From Parcubacteria group bacterium (GTDB lineage Bacteria > Patescibacteriota > Minisyncoccia > Moranbacterales > UBA9337): a DNA stretch of 64,000 nt. The stretch lies in the NCBI GenBank assembly GCA_041662245.1, contig JBAZSW010000004.1, positions 75,454 to 139,453 on the forward strand, given 5' to 3'. Shown here piece by piece: positions 30,018-40,119 of this stretch (position 1 is its first letter; each line of letters opens with the position of its first letter). The notes below the pieces were generated by a model that saw nothing but the letters and a program-made list of their open reading frames with translations, searched no databases and had not been told where the DNA came from. The position numbers were made by a program, and so were the translations under genes.

Positions 30018-31049
30018 CTATCTTAAAATTAATTTTTCTTTTCTATTTATAAATCCGTAAAAAAATAGCATAATTAAAATCAAGCCCACTATTATTAAGA
30101 TTTTGCCCCAACCACTAACATTTAAAGCTACGCTCGCCACCAAAATAGTAACCAAATAGAAAAAAATATTTATTTTTTTCTGAGACCAACCAATATTAGT
30201 TAATTTGTGATGCAGATGCTCTCTGTCGGCCGAAAATATTGATTTTCCAAATTTTATCCTTTTTAAAATAACCCAAAAAAAATCAATCAATGGAATAAAT
30301 AAGATTAATAATGTTGTAGCTATTTTTGTTCCCGCAAAGACAGATAAACTCGCCACAATAAATCCTACAAAAAAAATACCATTACTTCCAGCCATTATTT
30401 TAGCTGGAGGAAAATTAAACATCAAAAATCCCAATACTGCCCCAGAAAGAGCCACGGCTATTATTCCCACAGGAGGCTGATTGACTTCAGGCTTTAGAGA
30501 TAACAAAAAGATAGACAAAATCCCAATAAAATAAATACCCATACTTATACCATCAATGCCATCTAGCCAGTTCATGGAATTCATTAAAATTATTGACCAA
30601 ACACCTGCCAATAAAATGCCCGCCAAAATACCCCACAGACTATCTAACTGTATCATGTTTCCAAAAGGATTGGAGATATAATATATTCTAACACCAAAAA
30701 TAAAAATTAAAAATACTGCTCCTATTTGAAAAAATAATTGTTTTTTCCAACTAATCTCTTTAAAATCGTCCCAGATTCCGACACCAAACATCAATAAGCC
30801 TCCCAATAAAATTCCTACAGTATCCTTCGTTAAAACCAAATTTTTATCTAATAAAACAACTCCCAAAAAAGAGATAGCAATAGCAATCCCTCCCCATCGA
30901 GATACGCCAGTATCATGAAAATGTCTTTTCCCTTCCCTTTTCTTTTCACTCCTTAGTACTATTTTATTGGAAAAAAACCTTATAACAAAAATCAAAATAA
31001 CACTACTGGCAAAGGACAACAAAAATGGAACTAAGTATAAATTTAACAT
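30018..31049 (-). CDS. MraY/WecA-family polyprenyl-phosphate N-acetylhexosamine-1-phosphate transferase
   Basis: GIWDDF and NSMNWLDGIDG motifs; polytopic. Confidence 0.8.
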   Translation of the reverse strand: MLNLYLVPFLLSFASSVILIFVIRFFSNKIVLRSEKKREGKRHFHDTGVSRWGGIAIAISFLGVVLLDKNLVLTKDTVGILLGGLLMFGVGIWDDFKEISWKKQLFFQIGAVFLIFIFGVRIYYISNPFGNMIQLDSLWGILAGILLAGVWSIILMNSMNWLDGIDGISMGIYFIGILSIFLLSLKPEVNQPPVGIIAVALSGAVLGFLMFNFPPAKIMAGSNGIFFVGFIVASLSVFAGTKIATTLLILFIPLIDFFWVILKRIKFGKSIFSADREHLHHKLTNIGWSQKKINIFFYLVTILVASVALNVSGWGKILIIVGLILIMLFFYGFINRKEKLILR

Positions 31050-31198
31050 AATGACAAAGACAGATTTAAGATGTATGATTTAAGATTTAAGAATGGGATA
31101 CCAGATAATTATTTTTTCATAAATCCTAAATCATATATCCCGCCTTATGAACTTTATGAACTTTAAAAACTTTAAAAACTATCTCACACTTTCAGCAC

Positions 31199-32308
31199 CT
31201 ACAGCATCTTAAACTTCGTATACTCCTTCTGGATATAATCTTTTATTTTATCTTTAAAAATATCTCTATTAAATTTCAATGATTTTTCCCTAATATAATC
31301 CTCATCAAATTTAACACCTTCAAATTTTTGAACTGCTTCGACGATGCCTTCTGGCGTTTGCGTTTCAATAAAAACTCCTGTTTTCCCCTCTTCCATATTC
31401 TCTACAATATCTCCTCCACGATAAGCAATCAGCGGTCGACCTGATGCCATAGCTTCAATAGCGACAATCCCAAAATCTTCTTCCTGAGGAAAGATAAAAG
31501 CGCGACAATTAGCGTAGTATTTAGGCAAATCTTCATCAGATATTCTTCCTAAAAATTCAATATTTTCCTTAGCCATTTTTTTTAGCTTTTTCAATTCTGG
31601 ACCACGCCCGCTAATTTTTAAAGGCAACCCTAGTTTATTAAAGGCTTCAATAACAATGTCATTTCTCTTATAAGTTATCATTCTTCCCACAATCAAAAAA
31701 TAATCCCCTCTTTTTTTCGCATCTTTTTCTACATAAAAATTGTTTACCGCCACAGGAGGATTAATGACTACCGCTTCTTTTTTATAATATTTTTTTATTC
31801 TTCTGGCGACAAAATTAGAGTTGGCGATAAATTTATCTACTCTTTGTGCGCTTACAGAATCCCAGACTCGAATATAATTCATAAAAAATGGCACCAATTT
31901 CTTAATAAAAGACGGCAATCCAAAATCATCGGTATATTTTTGACAATCATCCCAAGCGTAACGCATTGGAGTGTGCATATAACAGATATGTAGCGTTTCT
32001 GGTGAGGTAATAATTCCTTTAGCGTAACTAGATGAATCCGAAAGAACAATGTCGTAAACAGAAAAATCAAATTGTTCAATAGCGCTTGTCATAAAAAGTG
32101 GAAAGATACGATGTTTTCTCCGCGCCAAAGGAAACTTTTGCAAAAAAGAAGTATGAATTTTTTTGTTCTCAAAAAAACCATGCATCAACTTTTTTTCATA
32201 CATAATTGTATATATATGAGCCTCGGGAAAAATTTCCGTAAAACATTCCAGAACTCTTTCCGCTCCACCATATTGAACTAAATAATCATGGACTAAAGCA
32301 ATTTTCAT
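31199..32308 (-). CDS. glycosyltransferase, GT-B fold (GT4-like)
   Basis: C-terminal EDFGIVAIEAMASGRPLIA E-x7-E-like motif. Confidence 0.8.
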   Translation of the reverse strand: MKIALVHDYLVQYGGAERVLECFTEIFPEAHIYTIMYEKKLMHGFFENKKIHTSFLQKFPLARRKHRIFPLFMTSAIEQFDFSVYDIVLSDSSSYAKGIITSPETLHICYMHTPMRYAWDDCQKYTDDFGLPSFIKKLVPFFMNYIRVWDSVSAQRVDKFIANSNFVARRIKKYYKKEAVVINPPVAVNNFYVEKDAKKRGDYFLIVGRMITYKRNDIVIEAFNKLGLPLKISGRGPELKKLKKMAKENIEFLGRISDEDLPKYYANCRAFIFPQEEDFGIVAIEAMASGRPLIAYRGGDIVENMEEGKTGVFIETQTPEGIVEAVQKFEGVKFDEDYIREKSLKFNRDIFKDKIKDYIQKEYTKFKML

Positions 32309-32660
32309 AACACTACTAATTACCTGCCCGCCAATGCCAATTCATCTTGGCATCAACAATAGCGTTGTAATAGATTAATTTTTTATTTTAAATATAGTTA
32401 ATATTGATAGATATGGCGGGCGGGAGAATTAAATACGAATATACAAATTTCTTTTATTATAAATTAAATAATTAAATAATAAATTATTATATAAATTTCC
32501 AATTTCTAAAAACCATATAGCAATTCACTCCGCACCAACCAATTGTATCATCTCGAGTGGAGCGATAGCGGAATCGAGAGATTTCAGTAAACAATAGATT
32601 CGAGTCATCAGCCAACAGTCATTAAAAAAAGTATTCCTAATTCTTAATTATCTCAAATTC

Positions 32661-33590
32661 TTATTTTCCTAAATTCCCAAATTCACAATACGCTAAATAG
32701 GTATTTTCCAAAAGACACGCCACTGTTACGGGCCCCACTCCTTTGGGAACCGGAGAAATCAAGCAATCAGTTTCTTGAAAACTTTTCAAATCAACATCTC
32801 CAAAAACTTTTTCTGCTTCTTTGATTATTCCACCATCAATTATAATTGCATCATTTTTTGTCATTTGAGAATTTATTAAACTTTTCTTTCCACAAACAGT
32901 TATGATAATATCTGATTTCTTTAAAATATTCCCGTTTCCCAAATCATCACACAAGATGTAGCTTGCTTTAATTCCAATTTTTTCCAATGTCTTTTGCATT
33001 ATTTTGCCAAAATCATCTGATTTACAAATAATAGTTGCCTTTTTACTTTTAAAAAACTCCCGTCTATCGAAATTGTCATCCTTGCGAATGCGGGGATCTC
33101 CGTACTCATAACTGAGATTCCCGTTTTCACGGGAATGACAAGATAATAAAGCACTTTCAATCATTTTTATAATCGCCTTGGGAAAAACTGGAAAAATAGT
33201 TTCTTGATTATTAAAAAAACATTTTTGATTCTCATCACAAAACCCATCCACATCTTTCTCTGGATTAATGGCATTAATAATTTTATGCTTATCTAATTTT
33301 TCCGGCAGAGGCAATTGCACAATTAAACCATGAATATTTTTATCTTCATTAATCTCAGCTATTTTATTTAAAATAACCTTTTCCTCCACATTGGCATCAT
33401 ATTCATAAAGTTTAAAATTCATCCCGATTTCTCTAGCTACTTTTTCTTTTAAACTTACATAAATTTGAGAAGCCTTATTTTTGCCAACTAAAATAACCGC
33501 CAAAGTGGGCTTGAGTTCTTCCTTTTCTATTTTCGCTTTGATATTACTCAAAATATCATCCGCAATCTCTTTCCCTTTTATCAACTGCAT
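32661..33590 (-). CDS. folD: bifunctional methylenetetrahydrofolate dehydrogenase/cyclohydrolase with an in-frame insertion of about 29 aa
   Basis: LAVILVGKNKASQIYVSLKEK, DVDGF, PVPKGVGPVTVACLLEN; extra segment SCHSRENGNLSYEYGDPRIRKDDNFDRRE between the NAD-binding Rossmann entry and KKATIICKS. Confidence 0.9.
   Translation of the reverse strand: MQLIKGKEIADDILSNIKAKIEKEELKPTLAVILVGKNKASQIYVSLKEKVAREIGMNFKLYEYDANVEEKVILNKIAEINEDKNIHGLIVQLPLPEKLDKHKIINAINPEKDVDGFCDENQKCFFNNQETIFPVFPKAIIKMIESALLSCHSRENGNLSYEYGDPRIRKDDNFDRREFFKSKKATIICKSDDFGKIMQKTLEKIGIKASYILCDDLGNGNILKKSDIIITVCGKKSLINSQMTKNDAIIIDGGIIKEAEKVFGDVDLKSFQETDCLISPVPKGVGPVTVACLLENTYLAYCEFGNLGK
33075..33139 (-). repeat. 65-nt GC-rich imperfect palindrome inserted in-frame in folD
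   Basis: arms GTCATCCTTGCGAATGCGGGGATC and GATTCCCGTTTTCACGGGAATGAC (17 of 24 complementary) plus internal hairpin ATTCCCG-TTTTCA-CGGGAAT. Confidence 0.7.
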
Positions 33591-33596
33591 ACAAAG

Positions 33597-34085
33597 TTAA
33601 TCCTTATGGACTTTATCAATAAATTTCACATTAAATCTTGCACCATGAAATAAAGTCGCAAAATCACGTTTTATATTGGCCTCAACTTCCTGTCTAAATT
33701 CATTAGGAATTGCATTGTTCCTAATCAAAGGACACTCGTCATCCCAATAATATAAATGAACAATCTTTTTATCAAAATCAATATCTTTCCAATCTACTGC
33801 AAAAGGATATATTTTACAATCAATAGGTCGAGGATCAATATCTTTATTAATTGAATACTTTAAAAATTTGCAGTCCTTGCCGTCTGAGCAATTTTCAAAA
33901 TTCACTCTATCTTTTTTAAATTTTATTTTAATACCCAGAGAAGTGATGTGATCTTTCATTCTTTCATGAAAAGCAAAATATTCATCAACCCATTCTTCCA
34001 CTCTATAATCATCACAACAAGTATTTTTGCATTTATTTTTCTTACATCCTGCTAACTTACCCTCCATATATTGATTTTTTGACAT
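33597..34085 (-). CDS. hypothetical Cys-rich protein
   Basis: CKKNKCKNTCC cluster; no assignable domain. Confidence 0.35.
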   Translation of the reverse strand: MSKNQYMEGKLAGCKKNKCKNTCCDDYRVEEWVDEYFAFHERMKDHITSLGIKIKFKKDRVNFENCSDGKDCKFLKYSINKDIDPRPIDCKIYPFAVDWKDIDFDKKIVHLYYWDDECPLIRNNAIPNEFRQEVEANIKRDFATLFHGARFNVKFIDKVHKD

Positions 34086-34149
34086 AATTTTATAAATTCA
34101 TCTTGCTATTTTACTTAATAATATTAACACAAAGCTAAAAAATCCGCTA

Positions 34150-34199
34150 TTGACTTTTGTCCTAAAATGTGCTATGGTTGAAAGTCAGTATCGGATAGC
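34150..34199 (+). promoter_or_regulatory. sigma70-like promoter with flanking inverted repeat (candidate operator) for the phosphatase gene
   Basis: TTGACT-17 nt-TATGGT; IR CCGCTATTGACTTT ... AAAGTCAGTATCGGATAGC; strong SD AAGGAGGTG at 34245. Confidence 0.5.
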
Positions 34200-34258
34200 T
34201 TTTTTATTTTTTTCAATCGCCCATACGGGCAAACGATTCATATATAAGGAGGTGTATC

Positions 34259-34885
34259 ATGAGTGGAGGATGCGGTAGTCGCAGGGAAACAATGGCAGTC
34301 AGAACAGTCTATGCAATGCGTCATGGACAAAAAGGATTTGGATCTGACGATCCATCTTTAACCGAAAGAGGTCGCGAGCAGGTAGCTGAAGCGGTAAAGA
34401 AATATCTAACTGGCGTCAATTTTAAGATAATATACCACGGAACGCACTTCCGACATCAAGAGAGTACTGAAATCGCCAAGGAAGCGCTAGAAATTTCGTC
34501 TGATACTTTTCAAACTCCGCTACTGTCACTCACAGATAGCATGAACGATGCCGCTAATCAGTGTGCTATGGCTGGCCTCAAGCATCCTGATGGACTAGCA
34601 GTCGGTTTCCGTGTTGACACCTGGATTAAAACGAATAGGGTATTGATGAATGATTGTTTTGAGCAGTTCTATGATTTCCTGCAACAAATTCCCAAAAAGA
34701 TGAAAAATGTCTTGGCGATATCCAGTTCGCCCATCATAGAATCCGTCACTGTCAATCCAGAGAAAACTTGGCTTCTAGGCGAATGTGGCATCATCAAATA
34801 CATTATTGATGATGAAGGAACGATCATATCATCGGAAACAATTTTCGAGGGCTTCTTCGAGAAACCTCCACAAAAAAATCTATGA
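34259..34885 (+). CDS. histidine phosphatase superfamily (PGAM/SixA branch) protein, GC-anomalous
   Basis: RHG catalytic motif VYAMRHGQKG; visibly higher GC (about 45%) than surroundings. Confidence 0.7.
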   Translation: MSGGCGSRRETMAVRTVYAMRHGQKGFGSDDPSLTERGREQVAEAVKKYLTGVNFKIIYHGTHFRHQESTEIAKEALEISSDTFQTPLLSLTDSMNDAANQCAMAGLKHPDGLAVGFRVDTWIKTNRVLMNDCFEQFYDFLQQIPKKMKNVLAISSSPIIESVTVNPEKTWLLGECGIIKYIIDDEGTIISSETIFEGFFEKPPQKNL

Positions 34886-34929
34886 TCCATCACCACCTGA
34901 ATGCTAAGATATTATCTTGTGCTTTCAAA

Positions 34930-34968
34930 TAGGGTTTTGACTAGTTCGTCAAAACCCTATATTTTTTA
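34930..34968 (+). terminator. rho-independent terminator after the phosphatase
   Basis: AGGGTTTTGAC-TAGTTC-GTCAAAACCCT then TATATTTTTTAT. Confidence 0.75.
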
Positions 34969-35343
34969 TACGCCACATTTTATTTTGCCCTCCCAAAGTG
35001 AACCCAAAAAAATAAAGCATTTTCAAATACATATCAGATACATCACCACACTTTACGGAGAAAATAAAATAAATCAACTCGAAGGGAGCGTTAAAAAACT
35101 TTGTTACGGAGTGGAATGGAGTCTGAAGTTTTAGCAAGTAAGAGTTAGATTTATTTATATTTTAGAAGTACGTGTGGCAGTTTTTTTGTAACCTTTTTTT
35201 GCTGTCAAAAAAAGTTAGTGAGAAATTGCTTATGATAAAGCCTTACATTTTAAATATACACGCCCGACTCAAAGCTGGTAGTTTTTTGACTAAGGCAAAA
35301 TGCTCAACCTCAAAGGCTCCCGAAATTGAGCCTCTGTTAATTT

Positions 35344-35808
35344 TTAAGTTATTTTTGATCCATATCTCCCCCGATATTTAATCTTTATTGTTTTATCAGG
35401 ATTGTATCTATTATATAAATCAATAAAACGTTCTTCATCCAAGTAATATTTCCCACCGTTAAATTTGTTTTTGAAATTTTTAATTAACTTATAATATTTC
35501 TCCAATTCCACAAATAGCCCATCTTTTCTAGATTTTTTTAGTTTTTCTTTTGAGCCAGAATCAACTAAAGATAAAAATTCTAATAATGACATTGGGCACT
35601 TTAATAAATGCAATCTTCTTTCTATCGCTTCGGGGGCAATTTTTTCGCAATAAATTTGTCCAGTTAAATATAAAATCGCCCTAGCCTCATTTAGATTTTT
35701 CCAAGTAGGTTTTTTCAAAATCTTCTGATATCTGTCCCAAAGTTTGTTTAGTCTTTCTTTAATCTTCTCCACATCTAGCAGATAAGTATTTTTAAGAAGT
35801 ATTTGCAT
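35344..35808 (-). CDS. hypothetical protein
   Basis: complete ORF; no recognisable domain. Confidence 0.35.
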   Translation of the reverse strand: MQILLKNTYLLDVEKIKERLNKLWDRYQKILKKPTWKNLNEARAILYLTGQIYCEKIAPEAIERRLHLLKCPMSLLEFLSLVDSGSKEKLKKSRKDGLFVELEKYYKLIKNFKNKFNGGKYYLDEERFIDLYNRYNPDKTIKIKYRGRYGSKIT

Positions 35809-35896
35809 ATTTTGATTGATTAAAAAAATTTTATTTATTCGACACTCGTTCTTTTCAAAATCTTCACTACCCCATTATCCGCCCCAGTCATCCCAG

Positions 35897-38107
35897 TTAT
35901 GCAACGGGATAAATCCGACGGGGCTTCGCTTTATCTTTTTTGTCATTGGAATTTTTATCGCTATCGGCTATCCTTGCTCTTTCTAATATTTTAACAACAC
36001 CTCGCTCAGCATCCACTTCCACCAAATCTCCATCGTGCAAAACTTGCGTGGCGATTTTGGTCCCGATTATACAAGGTTTTTTAAGTTCGCGAGCCACAAT
36101 GGCAGCGTGACAAGTTATACCACCTTCATCAGTCACAAAAGCACCAGCTTTTTTCATAATAGACATGTATCTTGGATCCGTCATAGACGCAACTAATATT
36201 TCTCCTTCTTGAAAATCTTTTGCCTCTTTAATTAATTTTATAATTCTCACTTTCCCTTTTGCCTTGCCCACACGAGCAATGCTTCCTTTTATTTCATCTA
36301 AACTATATTTTTTATTTCTTGTCTTGTCGATTTCATCTAATATTTTACCTGACTTATTTTGAGAAATAGTTTCTATTCCTTCTTTAGAATATTTGCAAAA
36401 GAAAAAATCTTTGCGTTTTAAATAATTATTAGGTAGCTCACCTGAATTTATAAAAGCATCAAGTTCCTCCCCGCTTAGATATTCTAAAGAATCTTTTTCA
36501 ATATTTTTTTCTTCTTCTATTTTATTCAACAATTCTCTTTCCAAAGTTATTCCATCTCTATGAATATTTTCATATCTTTTTCTTGTTTCTATACACAAAT
36601 CTTTTGTTTCCTGACTCAAGTCATCGAGATATTCTGGAGCATAAACTGATACCATAATAATAGCAAACAATTCTTGTATAAAGTTATGAAGTTTTTTAAT
36701 AGATTTTGTCAGATCGACCTGATTATTTTTGAAAAACTCTTCAGCTTCTAAAAGTTTTTTATTATTTTTTGCAATAAATCTTTTATAGTCATCAATATCA
36801 TTTTTTTGAAAATATGCCTTTGGGATTCCCTTATAATCAACTACCGGCAAAAAATGATAAAATATTCCATTTTCCATCAGAGAATACCAAGGATTTGTCA
36901 TGTAATTAGTCACTCTTTCAAAACTGTCACCAAAAACTTCTCTTGCTATAACAGAAGCAATTAATATAGTGTAATCCCTCTGATGTTTTTCATAGATTAA
37001 ATTTTCTTTCTCTACATACTTCATTAAAGTCGTTATCGGTCGACTTTGGGTGATATAAAATTTTCCACCTTCCTGCGCCCATTCGATATCGCAGGGAAAG
37101 CTGTAATGGTTTTCGATTTTGATGATTAAATCTGAAAGTTCGATAATTTCTTTTTCGTTTAATACTTGAGAAGAAGCTTGAGGTTCAGGGATATCTCGCC
37201 ACTCGTTGGCTGAGATTTCTCCACTTCCAAATCTTTGAGTACAAAGATTTGTTCGGTCGAAATGACATGCTCTATATAATCCTCTGTTTTGCGTGCTGAC
37301 ATTAATATCAACAATCGCTTCTCTAATTCTTAATTCATCATTCTTGATTCCCAACTCCTCATTCTTAATTCTTAATTCATAATTCTTAATTCCAGTCTTA
37401 TCCACCACATAACTGTCCGGGGTAACTGATCCCGATACAATTGCTTCGCCAAGTCCAAAGCCTGCTTCAATGATAAGCTGGTTATAATCTTGGGTCACTG
37501 GATGCACCGAAAAAGCGATACCTGATTTCTCAGATTGAATCATTTTTTGCACCACCACTGCTACCGATATTTTCTGCTTGTGCAATTCTTTTTCAAAACG
37601 ATAGAAAATGGCCCGCGAAGTGAAAAGCGATGCCCAGCATTTTTGGACATTTTTTAATAAATCTTTTTCTGTTGTATTAAGATAAGAATTAAGTTGTCCC
37701 GCCCAAGCCGCCTCAGCTCCGTCTTCAGCGGTGGCACTGGATCTTACAGCAACAAACTCTGCGTCTAGTTTTTTAAATTCTTTTTCAACTTCTTTCTCAA
37801 TCTCTACTGGAATTTTTGCTCCAAGAATTAAAGCTTGGATTTTTTCTGACGCTTTTTCAACCGTATGCATTTTTTGCGTATCCACTGTGTCAAGGATAGC
37901 GGAAATTTCCACATTTAAATCAGTTATTTCTAAAAATTTTTCAAAAGCCCCAGCAAGTACCACAAAACCCGAAGGAACTGGATTGCTAGCAGACTTGTCC
38001 GCCGAAGCTTTAGCGAAGGCGGAAGTCATTTCGCCAAGGGACGCTCCCTTGCCTCCGGCAATCAGAACATCGTTCTTATCTAATTCTTTAAAATTTTTAG
38101 TAAACAT
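35897..38107 (-). CDS. PEP-utilising-enzyme family protein: PPDK-type ATP-grasp N-terminus plus C-terminal phospho-His swivel domain; no PEP/pyruvate TIM-barrel (PEP synthase-like or rifampin phosphotransferase-like architecture)
   Basis: N-term GGKGASLGEM; C-term GGITCHAAIVARELKKPCIIGT; contains a 21-nt tandem repeat encoding ELRIKNE / ELGIKND / ELRIRE. Confidence 0.75.
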   Translation of the reverse strand: MFTKNFKELDKNDVLIAGGKGASLGEMTSAFAKASADKSASNPVPSGFVVLAGAFEKFLEITDLNVEISAILDTVDTQKMHTVEKASEKIQALILGAKIPVEIEKEVEKEFKKLDAEFVAVRSSATAEDGAEAAWAGQLNSYLNTTEKDLLKNVQKCWASLFTSRAIFYRFEKELHKQKISVAVVVQKMIQSEKSGIAFSVHPVTQDYNQLIIEAGFGLGEAIVSGSVTPDSYVVDKTGIKNYELRIKNEELGIKNDELRIREAIVDINVSTQNRGLYRACHFDRTNLCTQRFGSGEISANEWRDIPEPQASSQVLNEKEIIELSDLIIKIENHYSFPCDIEWAQEGGKFYITQSRPITTLMKYVEKENLIYEKHQRDYTILIASVIAREVFGDSFERVTNYMTNPWYSLMENGIFYHFLPVVDYKGIPKAYFQKNDIDDYKRFIAKNNKKLLEAEEFFKNNQVDLTKSIKKLHNFIQELFAIIMVSVYAPEYLDDLSQETKDLCIETRKRYENIHRDGITLERELLNKIEEEKNIEKDSLEYLSGEELDAFINSGELPNNYLKRKDFFFCKYSKEGIETISQNKSGKILDEIDKTRNKKYSLDEIKGSIARVGKAKGKVRIIKLIKEAKDFQEGEILVASMTDPRYMSIMKKAGAFVTDEGGITCHAAIVARELKKPCIIGTKIATQVLHDGDLVEVDAERGVVKILERARIADSDKNSNDKKDKAKPRRIYPVA
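37315..37395 (-). repeat. tandem repeat of about 21 nt (about 3.5 units) inside the PEP-utilising enzyme gene
   Basis: plus strand shows repeated ATTCTTAATTC; protein shows heptad units ELRIKNE-ELGIKND-ELRIRE. Confidence 0.6.
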
Positions 38108-38191
38108 AATCTGAAAAATAATAGTTTAAAAGGCACCCACAAATAAGTACCTTTAAGTATATAACATCTTATATATAAAACAAATTCTGTT

Positions 38192-39223
38192 TTATTCTTT
38201 AGCTTTTGCTGCCTTTATTACTTCTTTCGAAATAGCGTTAAATACTTTTTGATTTTCTTTTAGATAAAGCTTGGCTTTTTCTCTGCCATTCCCCAACTTC
38301 TCCTCACCATAAGCATAGGAATTTCCAGATTTTTTTACCACTTCAAATTTAACTCCCGTATCCAACAAATCTCCTGAACGAGAAATTCCTTCATTATACA
38401 TAATATCAAACTCAGCTGTTTGAAAAGGTGGCGCTACTTTATTTTTTACCACTTTGACTTTTACTCGATTACCTACTACTTGCTCGCCTGATTTAATTTG
38501 AGCACTTCTACGCACTTCAATTCGCACTGAAGAATAAAATTTTAAAGCTTGCCCACCACTAGTAGTTTCTGGATTACCAAACATTACTCCAATTTTCATC
38601 CTTATCTGATTAATGAAAATAACCACTGTGTTAGATTTGGACACAATCGGAGTCAATTTTCGAAGCGCCTGTGACATCAATCTAGCTTGGCGACCTACGT
38701 GTTGGTCTCCCATCTCTCCTTCAATTTCTGCGCGAGGAACCAAGGCTGCTACAGAGTCAACTACGATCAAATCTACTGCATTACTACGCACTAGCGTTTC
38801 TACAATATCCAAAGCCTGTTCTCCTGAATCTGGTTGAGAAATTAAAAGTTCGTTAATATCCACTCCTATTTTTTTAGCATAAGAAGGATCCATGGCATGT
38901 TCCGCATCTACAAAAGCCACTGCTCCACCAGCTTTTTGTGCATTGGCAGCAATGTGCAAAGATAGAGTTGTTTTACCGGATGATTCTGGACCATAAATTT
39001 CAATTACTCGTCCACGAGGCACCCCACCAATTCCCAAAGCTAAATCAAGTGAAATAGAACCCGTAGGGATAGATGCTACATCTACATTTTTGACATCTCC
39101 CAATTTCATTATCATTCCATCCCCAAATTTTTGCCTGATTTCATCCACCACACTGTCTAATCTTTTTTCCATTGAAGAAAAATTACCACTTCCCATTTCC
39201 TTTGGTTTCTTTTTTTCTTTCAT
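38192..39223 (-). CDS. recA: recombinase RecA
   Basis: Walker [10 protein letters not shown]; RecA core throughout. Confidence 0.95.
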   Translation of the reverse strand: MKEKKKPKEMGSGNFSSMEKRLDSVVDEIRQKFGDGMIMKLGDVKNVDVASIPTGSISLDLALGIGGVPRGRVIEIYGPESSGKTTLSLHIAANAQKAGGAVAFVDAEHAMDPSYAKKIGVDINELLISQPDSGEQALDIVETLVRSNAVDLIVVDSVAALVPRAEIEGEMGDQHVGRQARLMSQALRKLTPIVSKSNTVVIFINQIRMKIGVMFGNPETTSGGQALKFYSSVRIEVRRSAQIKSGEQVVGNRVKVKVVKNKVAPPFQTAEFDIMYNEGISRSGDLLDTGVKFEVVKKSGNSYAYGEEKLGNGREKAKLYLKENQKVFNAISKEVIKAAKAKE

Positions 39224-39279
39224 ATATTTTTAACATTTTAACATATTAACTTATTGGAATTTTAACACCCGTCCACTAA

Positions 39280-40119
39280 TTATTTCTTCTTTTTCTTCTT
39301 GACATCTGTAGTTGTGGCCGTATCTACACCTAATACAGCACTGCTAGCAGGGGTAGGCTCTACGATAACCCCTGTCGTATCAACATTATCCGTTTTTTGC
39401 TCTTCTGGTGGAGATTGAGGTTCTTCAATCTTAGGTGCTTCTATATTATAATGAGCCTCCACAGAAATTGATTCCGTCGCTTCTTTATTAAATTGATTAA
39501 CACTTCTTATTGCGATGACATTCTTCCCTTCTCTCAAGACAACATTTTCACTAAAATCTCCATTGTCGTCCACTAGCACTGGCTGATTATTTATAAACAA
39601 ATTATTGCCTGCATCTGTTTTTCCTTTTACTGTAACTTTTGTATCATTAATTACAGAATCAGCTGTAGGATTTAATATTATCAACTGCGGATTAGAAACG
39701 AAATTATTTAAATTTTTATATAAATAAAAGGATAGGGCTAGAAAAAATAGAGAAATAAAAAAAATAGAAATTATTTTAGGCGTTATTGAAAATCTAGAAA
39801 TATTTATTTTTTTAGTAACTTTTTCCTCTCGATTGTTCCCTCTAATATTTTCTTGGATACTTTTTTCTTTATTAAAAGATTTTATCAGATATTCTTCATT
39901 TACTCCCAAATAATCCGCAAAACTTTTTAAAAAACCTCTAACATACACATCCGCAGGCAATTTATTATAATCTCCATTCTCTAGATATTCCAAATATTCC
40001 ATTTGAATTTTAGTATTTTTCGCAATCTCGGGCAACCCTACCCTTTTCTCGCTCCGGATCTTCCTCATCTTTTCCCCTAAGGTTGAAGATTGAATTTTCT
40101 TTACCTTAAATCCATTCAT
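39280..40119 (-). CDS. RodZ-like HTH (XRE-type) membrane protein
   Basis: N-terminal HTH (GEKMRKIRSEKRVGLPEIAKNTKIQMEYLEYLENG), one TM, extracellular C-terminus. Confidence 0.6.
   Translation of the reverse strand: MNGFKVKKIQSSTLGEKMRKIRSEKRVGLPEIAKNTKIQMEYLEYLENGDYNKLPADVYVRGFLKSFADYLGVNEEYLIKSFNKEKSIQENIRGNNREEKVTKKINISRFSITPKIISIFFISLFFLALSFYLYKNLNNFVSNPQLIILNPTADSVINDTKVTVKGKTDAGNNLFINNQPVLVDDNGDFSENVVLREGKNVIAIRSVNQFNKEATESISVEAHYNIEAPKIEEPQSPPEEQKTDNVDTTGVIVEPTPASSAVLGVDTATTTDVKKKKKK

Noticed and set aside
32309-32660. Search for a tRNA gene in the folD-GT spacer (GATTCGAGTC resembles a T-loop)
   Set aside because: I could not build an acceptor stem or D/anticodon arms around it on either strand. 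No cloverleaf, so no tRNA is called.
34886-35343. Small ORFs 34901..35134, 34949..35137 and 35172..35381 in the non-coding stretch after the phosphatase
   Set aside because: They overlap each other in different frames, lack an RBS and have junk-like composition. The region is treated as non-coding, possibly decayed, DNA.
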